Shown here one piece after another: positions 62,458 through 64,000 of a stretch of 64,000 bases of DNA (within the stretch, counting starts at the first letter, position 1; every line of letters begins with the position of its first letter). The stretch spans positions 7,068,001-7,132,000 of the forward strand of contig NC_043025.1 of the NCBI RefSeq assembly GCF_006345805.1. Direction: 5' to 3'. The notes under the pieces were generated by a model. That model did no database searches, was not told the DNA's origin, and saw nothing but the letters and a program-made list of their open reading frames with translations. Position numbers and translations under genes: made by a program. This DNA is from Octopus sinensis. Its lineage: Eukaryota.

Positions 62458-62929
62458 TTAAAAGGTACCTGTACCTGTGGAATACTTGGGCATTTGTCAT
62501 GTAAATCAATGATTTTGGAAGCAGTTCTGTTAATTAAGCAACTTAGAATTGATCACTTTTCTTCAAAACCATTGCAAATTTGTTTCCTTTATATTAACAC
62601 CAGCTTTAGTTTTGTTGCTTTTTGTTTTTCTTGTTTCTTGTTGTTTATATGGAGTTACTTTTCTCACATCTCCACCCCCTTTGTCTTCTCCTCTACCTGT
62701 TCTTCTTCCCTCCTCCTATTACACTTCCTCCACCACCTGCTCCTACTCACTATACCTCACTTCTGTTCCTTTCTCCCCTGCATACTCTACTTCCACTCCT
62801 CCCCTTTAACATGCTCCTCCCCTTTAACATGCTCCTCCTCCACCATTGCCTGCTCTACCTCCTCTTGCTTCCTCTTTCACAGGCTCCTCCTACTCTGCAT
62901 TATCCACCCACTCCTTTTCCTCCTCCACT

Positions 62930-63505
62930 ATATGCTTCTCATCCTTCAACCACACCCACTCCCCTCCAACAACACCTTCCTCCTCCAACCCCCCTTTCCT
63001 CCCTGTTGCACTTCACCTCTTCTACATCCACATGCCTCCACCCCCTTCACCACATACTTCTCATCCTTCAACCACACCCACTCCCCTCCAACAACACCTT
63101 CCTCCTCCAACCCCCCTTTCCTCCCTGTTGCACTTCACCTCTTCTACATCCACATGCCTCCACCCCCTTCACCACATACTTCTCATCCTTCAACCACACC
63201 CACTCTCCTCCAACCACACCTTCCTCCTCCACCCCCTTCACCACATGCTTCTCATCCTTCAACCACACCCACTCCCCCCAACAACACCTTCCTCCTCCAA
63301 CCCCCCTTTCCTCCCTGTTGCACTTCACCTCTTCTACATCCACATGCCTCCACCCCCTTCACCACATACTTCTCATCCTTCAACCACACCCACTCCCCTC
63401 CAACAACACCTTCCTCCTCCAACCCCCCTTTCCTCCCTGTTGCACTTCACCTCTTCTACATCCACATGCCTCCACCCCCTTCACCACATACTTCTCATCC
63501 TTCAA
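62930..63505. repeat. C-rich tandem repeat (about 120-bp higher-order unit)
   Basis: cttctcatccttcaaccacacccactcc... repeated; source of spurious long ORFs. Confidence 0.88.
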
Positions 63506-63585
63506 CCCCCCCCCCATTTCCTCCTTATTCATTGTCACATCCTCTACAACGTCTCTCACTCTCTCTTTCTCTCCTTCCTCTCCAG

Positions 63586-63661
63586 GTGATTGTGTCCACA
63601 TAAAATCTACTGAAGAGAAACCATTTATTGCCCGCATCGACAAAATATGGGTGACGGCAGG
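63586..63661 (+). CDS. PBRM1: Polybromo-1 exon, BAH2 (GDCVHIKSTEEKPFIARIDKIWVTAG); gene continues past the window
   Basis: ctccag| and |gtcagt, 76 nt, phase 1-2; human GDCVFIKS...RIEKVWV. Confidence 0.94.
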
Positions 63662-64000
63662 GTCAGTGTCCTTTTTCTTGTCTGACCTTTACATAATTGT
63701 TTATTTGTTTTTTTTCCATTTGTTCTTAAATTATTCCCCTATCCCAGAAAAGTCGCCCTCACCCCATATAAACTTTCTGCATATGTTACTGTACATGTTA
63801 TTCACTTCTATGAACTTCACTTATCTTATATACACCCCAGATATAGTTTTATATATACACTACTATGTACCATCGCAAATTATACATATACGTACCCCAT
63901 ACACCCCCTACAGGGTGTTCTGGTTAAATTTGACAGTTTGCATATAAAGGAAAGAAAGCACTGTATTCTGTTGTGTCTGGGGAGGGTCATTTTCTTTTTG

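Noticed and set aside
62428-63947. 391-aa and 441-aa ORFs
   Set aside because: C-rich tandem repeat lacking stops; only 63586-63661 is a real exon

Overview
Repeat-rich animal genomic DNA. The SINE/LINE repertoire and microsatellite load suggest an octopus (inference from recognised repeat families, not a database search). The only real protein-coding content is 18 plus-strand exons (24277-63661) of Polybromo-1 (PBRM1/BAF180). They cover the end of bromodomain 3, bromodomains 4-6, BAH1 and the start of BAH2, all with GT-AG sites and consistent phases. The gene continues past the right edge, and its upstream exons were not found (100-N gap at 11145-11244). The rest is tRNA-derived SINEs, RTE/CR1 LINE fragments, hAT, piggyBac and mariner MITEs, fold-back elements and tandem repeats. 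Almost all long ORFs in the track are low-complexity artefacts. The main unannotated signal is a dense, diverse set of type I hammerhead ribozyme (HHR) motifs: about 13 loci, three close to canonical, plus core variants. One lies in a 1.44-unit partial tandem element (396-nt monomer, 42316-42887) whose end coincides exactly with the predicted cleavage site, as expected for a retrozyme or Penelope-mobilised RNA. Also notable are two tandem arrays seeded from PBRM1 exon/donor junctions (one with the donor GT changed to AT in all 7 copies) and an intronic heat-shock-element plus 3x CRE cluster. All structures were folded by eye and none is experimentally tested.
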